A stretch of 43,069 bases of DNA from Candidatus Iainarchaeum sp. (GCA_020053055.1 JAGVNX010000040.1:1-43069), one strand, 5' to 3'; positions 9,816-18,747 are shown, counted from the first letter of the stretch. A program made the numbers and translations. Notes: generated by a model not told the origin, from the letters alone.

Positions 9816-10406
9816 ATGGCTGAAGGGAAAGCAAGGAAAAAGGAAGAGAAAAAAACTGTGAAGCCTGTTGAAAAGAGCCTGGCAAAAAAGGAAGAGCCAA
9901 AGGCCGGGCATCAGGCAGAGGAAAAAAAAGGGCTAATGCCAAAAAAGCCCGAGGAAAAAAAAGAATCAAAGCCAAAAATTCAGAAGAAAAAAAGGGTTTT
10001 TGAAAAATGGATTAAGCCGCAGAAATCAAAAGAGGTTAAGGTTTTTAGGGAGCTTGCAAAGAAAAGGGCAAGAAGGCTTTTCAGGGGAAGGTTTGGGCAG
10101 AGAAACATGATTAGGAATATTCGGGATGAAAAATGGCAGAGATGGAGAATTGCCCGTGGAATAGATATTTCTTACAAAAAAGATGATGGCTTGGTTGTAA
10201 AGGTTGGTTACAGGAGCCCTTTGAAAATCAGGGGCAGGCATCCAAGCGGTTTCAAAGAAGTTTTGGTTCGCAACATGAACGAATTGGAACTGGCTGCCAA
10301 GGACAAGCAGAATGCAGTGAGAATTGCAGGCACAATCGGAATGAAGAAGAGAAATGAATTTTTGAAGAAAGCGAATCAGTTAAAAATTTGGGTTCTTAAT
10401 CCTTGA
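9816..10406 (+). CDS. rpl32e: 50S ribosomal protein eL32 with a Lys-rich N-terminal extension
   Basis: FRGRFGQRNMIRNIRDEKWQRWRIARGIDISYKKDDG...VGYRSP is the L32e core. It lies between L6 and L19e. Confidence 0.9.
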   Translation: MAEGKARKKEEKKTVKPVEKSLAKKEEPKAGHQAEEKKGLMPKKPEEKKESKPKIQKKKRVFEKWIKPQKSKEVKVFRELAKKRARRLFRGRFGQRNMIRNIRDEKWQRWRIARGIDISYKKDDGLVVKVGYRSPLKIRGRHPSGFKEVLVRNMNELELAAKDKQNAVRIAGTIGMKKRNEFLKKANQLKIWVLNP

Positions 10407-10437
10407 ACTGGAATTTAATTGGAGTTTTTCAAAGTCG

Positions 10438-10896
10438 GTGGTTTTTTTGAAGGCTGAAAAAATTAAAATTCTTGCTGCAAGAATTCTGAATTGCGGTTTG
10501 AAAAAGATTTGGTTTGATCCTCAGGAATTGGAAAAAATAAAATCTGTAATTACAAAAGAAGATGTAAAAGCCCTTATAAAAGACGGCATAATAAAGAAGA
10601 AAAATGGAAATGCTCACAGCAGGGGCAGAGCGCGCTTTTTGCAGGCAAAAAAATTAAAAGGGCGGAAGCGCAGTTTTGGCAGCAGGCGCGGAGCAAAGGG
10701 CGCCAGGTTGGAAAAAAGAGCCAGGTGGATTGGGAGAGTGCGGGCTTTGAGGGAAGAACTGTCAAAGTGCAAGAAGGAAAATCCCAAAGCTGTTGAAAAA
10801 ATTGGTTACAGGAAATTGTACAAGCTTATCCAGGGAAATTTTTTTAAGGGAAGGCGCTATCTGAACGCTTTTGTGAAAGGCGAGGAAAAAAAGTAA
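10438..10896 (+). CDS. rpl19e: 50S ribosomal protein eL19
   Basis: AARILNCGLKKIWFDPQELEKI...HSRGRARFLQAKKLKGRKRSFGSRRG is L19e-like. The start is uncertain (GTG 10438 or TTG 10447). Confidence 0.9.
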   Translation: MVFLKAEKIKILAARILNCGLKKIWFDPQELEKIKSVITKEDVKALIKDGIIKKKNGNAHSRGRARFLQAKKLKGRKRSFGSRRGAKGARLEKRARWIGRVRALREELSKCKKENPKAVEKIGYRKLYKLIQGNFFKGRRYLNAFVKGEEKK

Positions 10897-10908
10897 GGGT
10901 TTGTTTTT

Positions 10909-11490
10909 ATGGGTGGAGATTCAACTTTTGACGTGGGCTTCAGGAGAAGGCGCGAGGGAAAAACTAATTACAAGAAAAGGCTTGAATTAGTGAAGAGCGG
11001 CCAGCACAGGCTTGTTGTCAGGCTGTCAAGCAGGCATGTTTTAGTCCAGGCAATCTGCTTTGGCAGGGAAGGAGACAAAATTGCAGCACAGGGAAACAGC
11101 AAAGAACTTGAAAAATTCGGCTGGACAGCTGGAAAGAAAAATTTGCCTGCTGCATACTTGGCAGGATTGCTGGCTGGAACACGGGCAAAAAAATCCGGAG
11201 TTGAAAAGGCCATTCTTGACATCGGCTTCAGGACTCCGGTGCATGGTTCAAGATGCTTTGCTGCGCTCAAAGGCGCAATTGATGCAGGCTTGCAGGTTCC
11301 TTTTGAAGCAAGCGCTTTGCCTTCGCAGGAAAGAATTTCCGGAAAGCATATTGAAGAATTTGCAAAAAAAATGCCTGATGAAGAATTCAAGAAAAAATTT
11401 TCAGGTTATGCCGGCAAAAATGTTAATGCACGAAATTTGACCAGCTTATTTGAAAATGCAAAGAAAAATATTCAGGAAGTGAAAAAATGA
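10909..11490 (+). CDS. rpl18: 50S ribosomal protein uL18
   Basis: RRRREGKTNYKKRLELVKSGQHRLVVRLSSRHVLVQ is the typical archaeal L18 N-terminus. Confidence 0.93.
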   Translation: MGGDSTFDVGFRRRREGKTNYKKRLELVKSGQHRLVVRLSSRHVLVQAICFGREGDKIAAQGNSKELEKFGWTAGKKNLPAAYLAGLLAGTRAKKSGVEKAILDIGFRTPVHGSRCFAALKGAIDAGLQVPFEASALPSQERISGKHIEEFAKKMPDEEFKKKFSGYAGKNVNARNLTSLFENAKKNIQEVKK

Positions 11491-12245
11491 ATTTGCGGCC
11501 AAGAGGCAGACAGGGCAGGAATAAACGGCTTGTGGGATCAAGGGGCGCTGGGCCGGGAACAGAAGGAACCTTTGAAACACGCGAGTTTACAAGAAAAAAA
11601 GATGACAAGGAAAAATCTTTGGCCGAATGGATTCCAAAAACAGGGCTTGGAAAAAAAGTGCAAGCCGGAGAAATCACTTCTATTGAGGATGTTTTTGCAA
11701 AAAACATTCCTATTCTTGAACCTGAAATTGTTGACACTCTTCTTGATTTGGACGAAAAAATGGTTGATTTCCAAAAAACAACAAGAATGATAATGGCTGG
11801 AAGAAGATTCAGTTTTAGGGCAACTGTGCTGGTTGGAAACCACAATGGCTATGTGGGAATTGGAATTGCAAAAGATGTTGAAAAATGGCCTGCTTTGAGA
11901 AAGGCAAAAAGGCAGGCAAAATTGAATCTTGTGAAAGTGAGAAGAGGCTGTGGAAGCTGGGAATGCACCTGCGGACTGGGCCATTCTGTTCCATTCAAGG
12001 TTACGGGAAAATGCGCTTCAGTGAAAATTGCATTATTGCCTGCTCCAAAAGGAACAGGCTTGGTCGTGGGCGACAATATAAAGGATGTTTTTAAATTCGC
12101 GGGGATTACTGATGTTTGGAGCAATACTTCGGGCAGCACTGACACAAAGCTTAATTTTGTAAGAGCTGCACTTGATGCCTTAAACAAGACTACAAAAATG
12201 AAGGTTTCAAATGAAATTGCAAAAAAAGAAGAGAAAAAAAAATAA
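11487..12245 (+). CDS. rps5: 30S ribosomal protein uS5
   Basis: MAGRRFSFRATVLVGNHNGYVGIGIAKDVE...LLPAPKGTGLVVGD is S5-like. There is an ATGA overlap with L18. Confidence 0.94.
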   Translation: MNLRPRGRQGRNKRLVGSRGAGPGTEGTFETREFTRKKDDKEKSLAEWIPKTGLGKKVQAGEITSIEDVFAKNIPILEPEIVDTLLDLDEKMVDFQKTTRMIMAGRRFSFRATVLVGNHNGYVGIGIAKDVEKWPALRKAKRQAKLNLVKVRRGCGSWECTCGLGHSVPFKVTGKCASVKIALLPAPKGTGLVVGDNIKDVFKFAGITDVWSNTSGSTDTKLNFVRAALDALNKTTKMKVSNEIAKKEEKKK

Positions 12246-12260
12246 TAAGGCGGATGAAAA

Positions 12261-12716
12261 ATGTTTGCTGTTATAAGAATCAGAAGTGAAATAAAGGCAA
12301 AGCCACAGATAAAAAAAGCCCTTGAATTGCTTTGCTTGTCCACTGCCAACCAGCTTGTCTTGATTCCGCAAAAAGAATTGCCAATAATTAAGAAAGTTGA
12401 GTCTTTTGTTACATGGGGCGAAATTGATGATTCAATGCTGGAAAGGCTTTTGAAAAAAAGAGCCCGCATTGCCGGCAACAAAGCAATCAATGACGCTTTT
12501 TTGAAAGAACATGGCTTTGGCTCCTGGAAAGATTTTTTGAATGGAATTGCCAATGAAAAAATCAAATTGCGAAAAATTGGCATAAAACCCGTTTTCAGGC
12601 TAACGCCTCCAAGAAAAGGCTTTGAAAAAGGCGGAATAAAAAAACCTTATTCAATCGGCGGTGCATTGGGTTACAGGGCTTCTGACATTAATGATTTGAT
12701 TAGCAGGATGATTTGA
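12261..12716 (+). CDS. rpl30: 50S ribosomal protein uL30
   Basis: MFAVIRIRSEIKAKPQIKKALELLCL is the archaeal L30 signature. It lies between S5 and L15. Confidence 0.92.
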   Translation: MFAVIRIRSEIKAKPQIKKALELLCLSTANQLVLIPQKELPIIKKVESFVTWGEIDDSMLERLLKKRARIAGNKAINDAFLKEHGFGSWKDFLNGIANEKIKLRKIGIKPVFRLTPPRKGFEKGGIKKPYSIGGALGYRASDINDLISRMI

Positions 12717-12736
12717 CATTTGAAACAGGTGAAAAA

Positions 12737-13240
12737 ATGACTGTCAGGAAAAGAAAGCGGAAAAACCGGTACAGGGGCCACAGGACTCATGGCGCTGGAA
12801 ACACCAAGAACAGGCGCGGGGCAGGCAACAGGGGCGGAAGAGGCAGGGCCGGAAGCCATAAGCACAAATTCAATCTTTATGCAGGAACCTTTGGAACAGA
12901 AAGACCGCGGCTTTTGCCACAATCAGTGACAAAGGCAATTAATATTGATTTTATTGTACAGTCATTGCCAAAATGGATTGCAGAAAAAAAAGCAGAAAAA
13001 ACAGGCGAAGGAATTATTATTGACGGCCAAAAAATAGGTTTTGACAAAATTTTGGGAAAAACAAATGTTTTAAAGGAAAAACTGGTAATAAAAAACTTGA
13101 AAACCAGCAAAAAAGCCTCTGAAAGAATCCTTGCAGCAGGCGGCAAAATTGAAAATGCAGAAGAAACAACCGGAGAAAATGAAGGCAAAGAGGAAGAAGA
13201 ATTTGCAGAAGAGGAAGAAGAAGCCGGAGAAAAAGAATAA
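12737..13240 (+). CDS. rpl15: 50S ribosomal protein uL15 with an acidic tail
   Basis: RGHRTHGAGNTKNRRGAGNRGGRGRAGSHKHKF is the L15 signature. ATG 12737 follows GGTGA. Confidence 0.93.
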   Translation: MTVRKRKRKNRYRGHRTHGAGNTKNRRGAGNRGGRGRAGSHKHKFNLYAGTFGTERPRLLPQSVTKAINIDFIVQSLPKWIAEKKAEKTGEGIIIDGQKIGFDKILGKTNVLKEKLVIKNLKTSKKASERILAAGGKIENAEETTGENEGKEEEEFAEEEEEAGEKE

Positions 13241-13297
13241 ATTAAAAAGCCGAAAAATCATTAAATCATTATTGCAAATCATTAACCGATTTTTTAA

Positions 13298-14695
13298 ATG
13301 AAGATACTGGGTGCAAAAATGGGAATTTTGGATTCTTTGGAAAGCCTTGCAAAATACCTGCCGGAAATAAAAATGCCAGTTGCAAAGCCGAATCTTCAAA
13401 AAAAACTGCTTTGGACGGCAATTGCATTATTGCTTTTTTTTGTAATGGGAAACATTTCGCTATGGGGCCTTAGCAGCAGTGCCGGAGAAAGATTAGGGGC
13501 ATTGCAGACACTGCTTGCAAGCGACATCGGAACACTGATTACTGCGGGGATAGGGCCAATTGTTTTAGCTTCAATTATCCTGCAGCTCTCAGTCGGAAGC
13601 GGATTAATAAAACTTGATTTGCACAGCCAGCGCGGAAGGGCACAGTTCCAAAGCGTGCAAAAATTATTGGCAATAATACTCTGTTTTTTTGAAGGAGCTG
13701 TTTACACTTTTTCAGGAATGCTAATGCCAATGCCCGGAATGGCATTCGTTGTCATATTGCAAGTTGCAGCCGGAAGCCTAATACTGCTTTACCTTGATGA
13801 AATTGTTTCAAAATACGGAATTGGCTCAGGAATAGGATTATTCATTGCAGGCGGAGTTTCCGGGCAATTCTTTTGGCGCGTATTCAGGCCTCCGATTATC
13901 AATCCGTTGAGGCCGGAACTGGCACAAGGAGGAATAATTGCCGAATTCATTGCAAGCCTCAGCACAGGAATAAACTTTTTGGTTTTCCTGCCAATAATTG
14001 TTGCAATAATAATTTTCCTGATAATTGTTTTTGCAGAAGGAATGCACGTAAACATTCCGATTACAATGGGGGCAAAAGGAACCGGGGGCAGGTTCCCAGT
14101 AAAACTGCTTTATGTTTCAAACATGCCAGTTATTCTTGCAGCAGCATTGTTTGCAAACCTTCATTTGTGGGCAGACATGACTGCAAAAATTCCCCTGCTT
14201 GGGCAGATAATGGGCGGAATAAAATGGGCAACCACTAGCCAATACGATTTGTTCAGGGAAATAATCCTGCAGGTTGGAAGCCAAGGCCTTGCAGGAATAG
14301 GAGTGCTTTCACCGCAAATAATACAAGCAATTATTTATGTACTTGTATTCATTGTTATTTGCATAGTGTTCGGAGTTTTTTGGGTTCAAATGGGCGGGCA
14401 AGGTCCGGAAGCTGTTGCAAAACAATTGCAGGGTTCCGGAATGTACATTCCAGGATTTCGAAGGGATGAAAGAATAATCCAAAAAGTCCTTGAACGGTAC
14501 ATACCCACAATAACAATTCTCGGCAGCATTTTTGTGGCATTGCTTGCTGCATTTGGAGACATGTCTTTAGGCGGGCTTGCATCAGGAACAGGAATTTTGC
14601 TGACAGTCGGAATTGTTTACAGGCTTTATGAAGAGCTTGCAAGGGAACAGATGATTGCAATGCATCCCTTGCTTGGAAAATTATTCAAAGGATAA
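13298..14695 (+). CDS. secY: Preprotein translocase subunit SecY
   Basis: 465-aa polytopic membrane ORF after L15, with SecY-like TM2/plug and C-terminal segments (YIPGFRRDERI...GTGILLTVGIVYRLYEEL). Confidence 0.95.
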   Translation: MKILGAKMGILDSLESLAKYLPEIKMPVAKPNLQKKLLWTAIALLLFFVMGNISLWGLSSSAGERLGALQTLLASDIGTLITAGIGPIVLASIILQLSVGSGLIKLDLHSQRGRAQFQSVQKLLAIILCFFEGAVYTFSGMLMPMPGMAFVVILQVAAGSLILLYLDEIVSKYGIGSGIGLFIAGGVSGQFFWRVFRPPIINPLRPELAQGGIIAEFIASLSTGINFLVFLPIIVAIIIFLIIVFAEGMHVNIPITMGAKGTGGRFPVKLLYVSNMPVILAAALFANLHLWADMTAKIPLLGQIMGGIKWATTSQYDLFREIILQVGSQGLAGIGVLSPQIIQAIIYVLVFIVICIVFGVFWVQMGGQGPEAVAKQLQGSGMYIPGFRRDERIIQKVLERYIPTITILGSIFVALLAAFGDMSLGGLASGTGILLTVGIVYRLYEELAREQMIAMHPLLGKLFKG

Positions 14696-14740
14696 AAACA
14701 GGGAGATTGTTTTGGGACACAAGCATTTAAATTGTTTTGC

Positions 14741-14770
14741 GTTGAAAGATATTTTATTCAACCCTTTTTT
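14741..14770 (+). terminator. Hairpin plus T6 tract downstream of secY
   Basis: gttgaa(14741-14746)/ttcaac(14757-14762) stem followed by cctttttt. Confidence 0.35.
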
Positions 14771-14821
14771 GGTGAGCGATTCTGAAAAAAACAATAGGGC
14801 ATCAAGGGGGTTGAATGCTCT

Positions 14822-15340
14822 ATGGTATTGATTTCCCCTATTGTTGACATAGCAATTGTTTCATTTGGAATGGCTATTGTTTCGCAAATCCTGCAGAGAA
14901 AATTAATTGACAGGAAAAAAACAAAAGAAAGCCAGGCACAAATGAAACAAATGCAAAAACAATTGAACGAATTGCTCAAGCATGGCGATGAAAAATCAAA
15001 GCTGGAATCGGCAAGAATCCAGAACGAATTGCTCAAGCTCATGAATGACCAGATGAAAGGCAGCATGAAACACATGCTGGTTTCACTGCCAATTTTTTGG
15101 ATTGTTTTTGCCGTCATAGGAACGGTTTATGGCAACGTGCAAATCAATGCGCCATTGCCATTGCCAGTAATACACAGAAACCTTGCATTTGAAATAATAC
15201 AAGTCGTAAGCTGGCTCTGGTGGTACATTTATTGCTCGCTTTTTTTCAGCGTGATTCTGAGCATAATACTGAATGCATTTGACAAAATGAAAACAAAATC
15301 GCAGGAAAAAAAAATTGCCCAGAGCCAAAAAGCACAATAA
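14822..15340 (+). CDS. DUF106/EMC3-like membrane protein (archaeal YidC/Oxa1-like insertase candidate)
   Basis: 172 aa with TM, a long KQ-rich coiled segment, then two TMs. It sits in the slot occupied by the DUF106 protein after secY in archaeal clusters. Confidence 0.7.
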   Translation: MVLISPIVDIAIVSFGMAIVSQILQRKLIDRKKTKESQAQMKQMQKQLNELLKHGDEKSKLESARIQNELLKLMNDQMKGSMKHMLVSLPIFWIVFAVIGTVYGNVQINAPLPLPVIHRNLAFEIIQVVSWLWWYIYCSLFFSVILSIILNAFDKMKTKSQEKKIAQSQKAQ

Positions 15341-15411
15341 TCTGAATTTGATTTTAAAATTAAATTTTTGTTTTTAAAATTTTTTTTAATTGGTTTCAAA
15401 AAGGTTTTGCA

Positions 15412-15744
15412 TTGCCCGACAAAAAAAATTCCAAAAAAAAATATTTGAAGAAAGGCCGCACGCATGGCCAAAAAGTAAAATTGGTTAGAGGCAAGACCGC
15501 AAAAAGGCAGTGCAGCATCTGCGGAAACCCGCTTGAAGGAGTGCCCCATGGCGCCACAAAATCCGGCGTGAGAAAACTAAGCAAAACCCAAAAAAAACCC
15601 AGCGTGCCTTTCGGCGGAATTCTCTGCAATAAGTGCAGGACAATAACATCCGAAGAAGCCGCAAAAATTATTTCTGGAAAAAAAATAGAAGAAATTGATT
15701 TGCGGTTCATGCCTTTTGTGCAAGCAATATTAAAGAGGCTTTAA
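15412..15744 (+). CDS. rpl34e: 50S ribosomal protein eL34
   Basis: KVKLVRGKTAKRQCSICGNPLEGVPHG...PFGGILCNKCR is L34e-like. There is only a TTG start, so the start is uncertain. Confidence 0.85.
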   Translation: MPDKKNSKKKYLKKGRTHGQKVKLVRGKTAKRQCSICGNPLEGVPHGATKSGVRKLSKTQKKPSVPFGGILCNKCRTITSEEAAKIISGKKIEEIDLRFMPFVQAILKRL

Positions 15745-15746
15745 AA

Positions 15747-15971
15747 ATGGCGGGAATAGAAATTGGCACGGTTTGCATCAAAACAAGAGGCAGGGAAGCC
15801 GGTTCAAAAGTAGTTATAATTGAATTTGATGCAGAACCCCAGTTTGTAATAATAGACGGGCCAAAAATAAAAAAACGCAGGTGCAATTTAAGGCACTTGT
15901 TTCCAACCAGCCAAAAAATTGAAATTGGAAAAAATTCCGACAAAAAAACAATTGTTGAACTTTTAAAGTGA
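15747..15971 (+). CDS. rpl14e: 50S ribosomal protein eL14
   Basis: 74-aa KOW protein (GTVCIKTRGREAGSKVVII...DGPKIKKRRCNLRHL), following L34e as usual. Confidence 0.88.
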   Translation: MAGIEIGTVCIKTRGREAGSKVVIIEFDAEPQFVIIDGPKIKKRRCNLRHLFPTSQKIEIGKNSDKKTIVELLK

Positions 15972-15976
15972 TTTGA

Positions 15977-16513
15977 ATGGAAAAAGAAACACGGTACATT
16001 GTAAGAATAACGGGAAAAGACCTGAACGGAAGCCTGCCAATCTGCATGGCTCTTGCAGGCATAAAGGGAATAAGCCACAGAATGGCAAAAAATATTGCAA
16101 TTATTTTTGAAAAAGAAACAAAAATTCCTTATAATTCAAGAATAGGGGAATTGCCTGAAAACCTTGACAAATCACTTGAAGAAATTGTGCTGAATCCAGG
16201 CAAGCACGGAATCCCGGACTGGAGCCTGAACAGGAGAAAAGAATTTGAAACAGGGGAAAATTCCCACAAGGTAATGGCAGAACTTGATTTTGCAATAAGA
16301 AGAGACGTGCAAAGAATGAACGAAACAAAATCATACAGGGGCCTGAGATTAAGCTGGGGCCTGACTGTAAGAGGCCAGAGGACAAAAAGCACTCACAGGG
16401 GAAAAGGGCCTGTGGTGGGAGTCCAGAAGAAAGACGCAAAAGCAGCTGCAGCACCTGCAAAGAAAACAGAAGAAAAAGGAGCTGCGCCTAAAAAAGAAGA
16501 GAAAAAAAAATAA
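15977..16513 (+). CDS. rps13: 30S ribosomal protein uS13
   Basis: YIVRITGKDLNGSLPICMALAGIKGI...YRGLRLSWGLTVRGQRTKST is the S13 signature. Confidence 0.94.
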   Translation: MEKETRYIVRITGKDLNGSLPICMALAGIKGISHRMAKNIAIIFEKETKIPYNSRIGELPENLDKSLEEIVLNPGKHGIPDWSLNRRKEFETGENSHKVMAELDFAIRRDVQRMNETKSYRGLRLSWGLTVRGQRTKSTHRGKGPVVGVQKKDAKAAAAPAKKTEEKGAAPKKEEKKK

Positions 16514-16538
16514 AGCTTTAAATCCAAAAAGTGGTTGA

Positions 16539-17303
16539 ATGGGCGACATTAAAAAAAGAAAAAGAAAATTTGACACTCCCACAAAGCGCTGGGACAAAGG
16601 CAGAATTGAATCCGAACGGGGAATAAAAAACAGGTTCGGGCTGAAGAACAAGCGTGAGCTCTGGAAAACAGAAACTTTTTTGAGAAAGAAAAAAGAAGAC
16701 GCGAGAAAACTTTTGGCAATGGAACCGGAACAAAGGGAAAAAAGGGAAAAAGAACTCATTGATTCGCTTGCAAAATACGGCTTGCTGGACGAAAAAGCAG
16801 GCATTGATGACGTATTAAGCATGACTTCCGAAAGCCTTTTGGAAAGGCGGTTGGAAACAATAACTTGGAGGCACGGATTGGCTTCCACAATAAAACAAGC
16901 CAGGCAGTTTATTGTCCACGGCCATATTGCAATAAAAGGCAAAAAAATCACGATTCCAAGCTACCTGGTAAAAAAAGATGAAGAAGACAAAATTGGCTAT
17001 TATGGAAAACCGCCCATTGTACAGGAAAAGAAAAAAAGGGAAATAAAAAAAGAACAAACAGACAGGGAAAAACTGAAAAAAGAATTTGAACAAGCAAAAC
17101 CCGAAGGCACGGAAGAAAACAAGGAAAAAAAAGCTGGCGAAGAAGATACTGACGAAGAGAAAGAAACTGAAAAAGAAATGGAAGAAATAATAAAAGAAGA
17201 AGAAGCAAAAGGCGAACCTGAAGAAGCTGAAAAAGAACCTGATGAACCTGAAGAAGATGTTGAAGAAAAAGAAGAAACCAGCGAAGAAGAAGAGGGCGAA
17301 TAA
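16539..17303 (+). CDS. rps4: 30S ribosomal protein uS4 with a ~100-aa Glu/Lys-rich C-terminal tail
   Basis: [20 protein letters not shown]... plus an S4 RNA-binding domain ([24 protein letters not shown]). The tail is low complexity. Confidence 0.93.
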   Translation: MGDIKKRKRKFDTPTKRWDKGRIESERGIKNRFGLKNKRELWKTETFLRKKKEDARKLLAMEPEQREKREKELIDSLAKYGLLDEKAGIDDVLSMTSESLLERRLETITWRHGLASTIKQARQFIVHGHIAIKGKKITIPSYLVKKDEEDKIGYYGKPPIVQEKKKREIKKEQTDREKLKKEFEQAKPEGTEENKEKKAGEEDTDEEKETEKEMEEIIKEEEAKGEPEEAEKEPDEPEEDVEEKEETSEEEEGE

Positions 17304-17693
17304 ATGGCAGGAAAAAAAGGCATTGTCCACATTTTTGCATCACACAACAATACGATTATTTTGCTTACTGACATAACTGGAGCTGAAACAATTGCAAAAT
17401 GCTCTGGCGGCATGGTTGTAAAAGCACAGCACAAGGAAGGCAGCCCTTATGCCGCAATGAAAGTTGCGGAAATTGTTGCTGACAAGGCGAAAGAACGCGA
17501 AATCCGCGAAATTGATGTAAAAGTAAGAGGCCAAGGCGGAAACAAGTCAAATACTCCAGGGCCAGGCGCAGAAGCCGCAATAAGAAGCCTTACAAGAAAT
17601 GGATTGTTCATCAGAAGCATTGAAAACGTCACTCCTATTCCGCATGACGGCTGCAGAAAAAAAAAGAGATACAGGGGCAAAAGAAAAGGGTAA
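17304..17693 (+). CDS. rps11: 30S ribosomal protein uS11
   Basis: GIVHIFASHNNTIILLTDITGAETIAKCSGGM...VRGQGGNKSNTPGPGAEAAIRSL is S11-like. Confidence 0.94.
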   Translation: MAGKKGIVHIFASHNNTIILLTDITGAETIAKCSGGMVVKAQHKEGSPYAAMKVAEIVADKAKEREIREIDVKVRGQGGNKSNTPGPGAEAAIRSLTRNGLFIRSIENVTPIPHDGCRKKKRYRGKRKG

Positions 17694-17758
17694 TATTAAC
17701 TAAAAAAATTATTATTAAATTGAAAACAAACCAATAAGCAAAAAAAAAAGGTTTTAAT

Positions 17759-18517
17759 ATGGCAATTTCAATAAAAAAAATTTTTGAAAAAGGAAGCACG
17801 TCAAAATTTTTGGTAAAAGGAGTTACAACAACAACAATGAACGCAGTGCGAAGAAGCGTCATGGAAGAAGTTCCATGCCTTGCAATTGAAAATGTTTCAA
17901 TTTATGCAAACGACTCAGTAATGTTCGATGAATTCCTGGCGCACAGGCTTGGAATGCTGCCCATAAAAACAGACGCAAAAGGCTATAAGCAAGGCGAAAG
18001 CGTAAAGCTCGTGCTTGAAAAAGAAGGGCCGTGCACTGTTTACAGCAAAGACATTAAAAGCACAGACCCAAAAATTGATGTTGCAGACAAAAAAATTCCG
18101 ATTACAAAACTTTCAAAAGGGCAAAATTTGAAAATTGAAATGGACGCAGTAATGCAATCAGGAAAAGAACATGTAAAATGGCAGCCCGCAATAATAGCTT
18201 ACCAGGAATTAGCAGCAATAGAATCCACAAAAGACTGCAATGCCTGTGAAGAATGCGTAAAAATCTGCCCAAAAAATGTTTTGGAATTAAAAGCAAAAAA
18301 AGTCGTCTTAACAGACCCACTCGGATGCATTCTCTGCGGAGCGTGCAGGGACACATGCAAGCAAAACGCGTTGAAAATAAACGTTGAGCCCGAAACATTC
18401 CTGCTCATGATAGAAACACAAGGAGCCCTCACTGCAAAAGAATGCCTGTTAATGGCAATAACCGCACTGAAAAACAAGTCAAAAGAATTTGACAAGGCAA
18501 TATTAAAAATAGAATGA
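17759..18517 (+). CDS. rpoD: DNA-directed RNA polymerase subunit D (Rpo3) with a two-cluster ferredoxin-like insert
   Basis: 252 aa after S11, the conserved position. CNACEECVKICP and CILCGACRDTC are CxxCxxCxxxC(P) motifs. Confidence 0.9.
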   Translation: MAISIKKIFEKGSTSKFLVKGVTTTTMNAVRRSVMEEVPCLAIENVSIYANDSVMFDEFLAHRLGMLPIKTDAKGYKQGESVKLVLEKEGPCTVYSKDIKSTDPKIDVADKKIPITKLSKGQNLKIEMDAVMQSGKEHVKWQPAIIAYQELAAIESTKDCNACEECVKICPKNVLELKAKKVVLTDPLGCILCGACRDTCKQNALKINVEPETFLLMIETQGALTAKECLLMAITALKNKSKEFDKAILKIE

Positions 18518-18543
18518 AAAAAAAAGGTGTAAAAAAATTGGAA

Positions 18544-18553
18544 AAATTATTAT
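18544..18553 (+). promoter_or_regulatory. TATA-like box upstream of tRNA-Leu
   Basis: aaattattat lies about 25-30 nt upstream of the tRNA 5' end. Confidence 0.3.
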
Positions 18554-18615
18554 CAAACTGCAAAAACGCGGTTTCCTGCAGGGGTTCCGGAGCGGTCAAA
18601 CGGACGGGACTTAAG

Positions 18616-18747
18616 AGGCCTTTTCTTGAACCTTGTAAAACCAAAAGGTTTTACGAAGCCTCGCAAAGCTTTGCTTTGCAAGGAAGAAAAACCCTGGGAA
18701 AAAAGAGTTCCCAAAATGCAATTATTGTGGACAAAAGGCCGGGAGCA
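18616..18747 (+). other. tRNA-Leu intron (near-canonical BHB)
   Basis: Inner helix GGCCUUUU 18617-18624 / AAAAGGCC 18733-18740. Central helix CUUA/GGAG has 3 pairs plus an A-G mismatch. Bulges are AG|A and CA|A. One extra unpaired G lies at 18741. Confidence 0.8.
18617..18705 (+). repeat. Repeat-family copy inside the tRNA-Leu intron
   Basis: About 85% identical by eye to 27123-27210. The 33-nt block gcctcgcaaagctttgctttgcaaggaagaaaa (18658-18690) is identical to 27163-27195. Confidence 0.8.
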
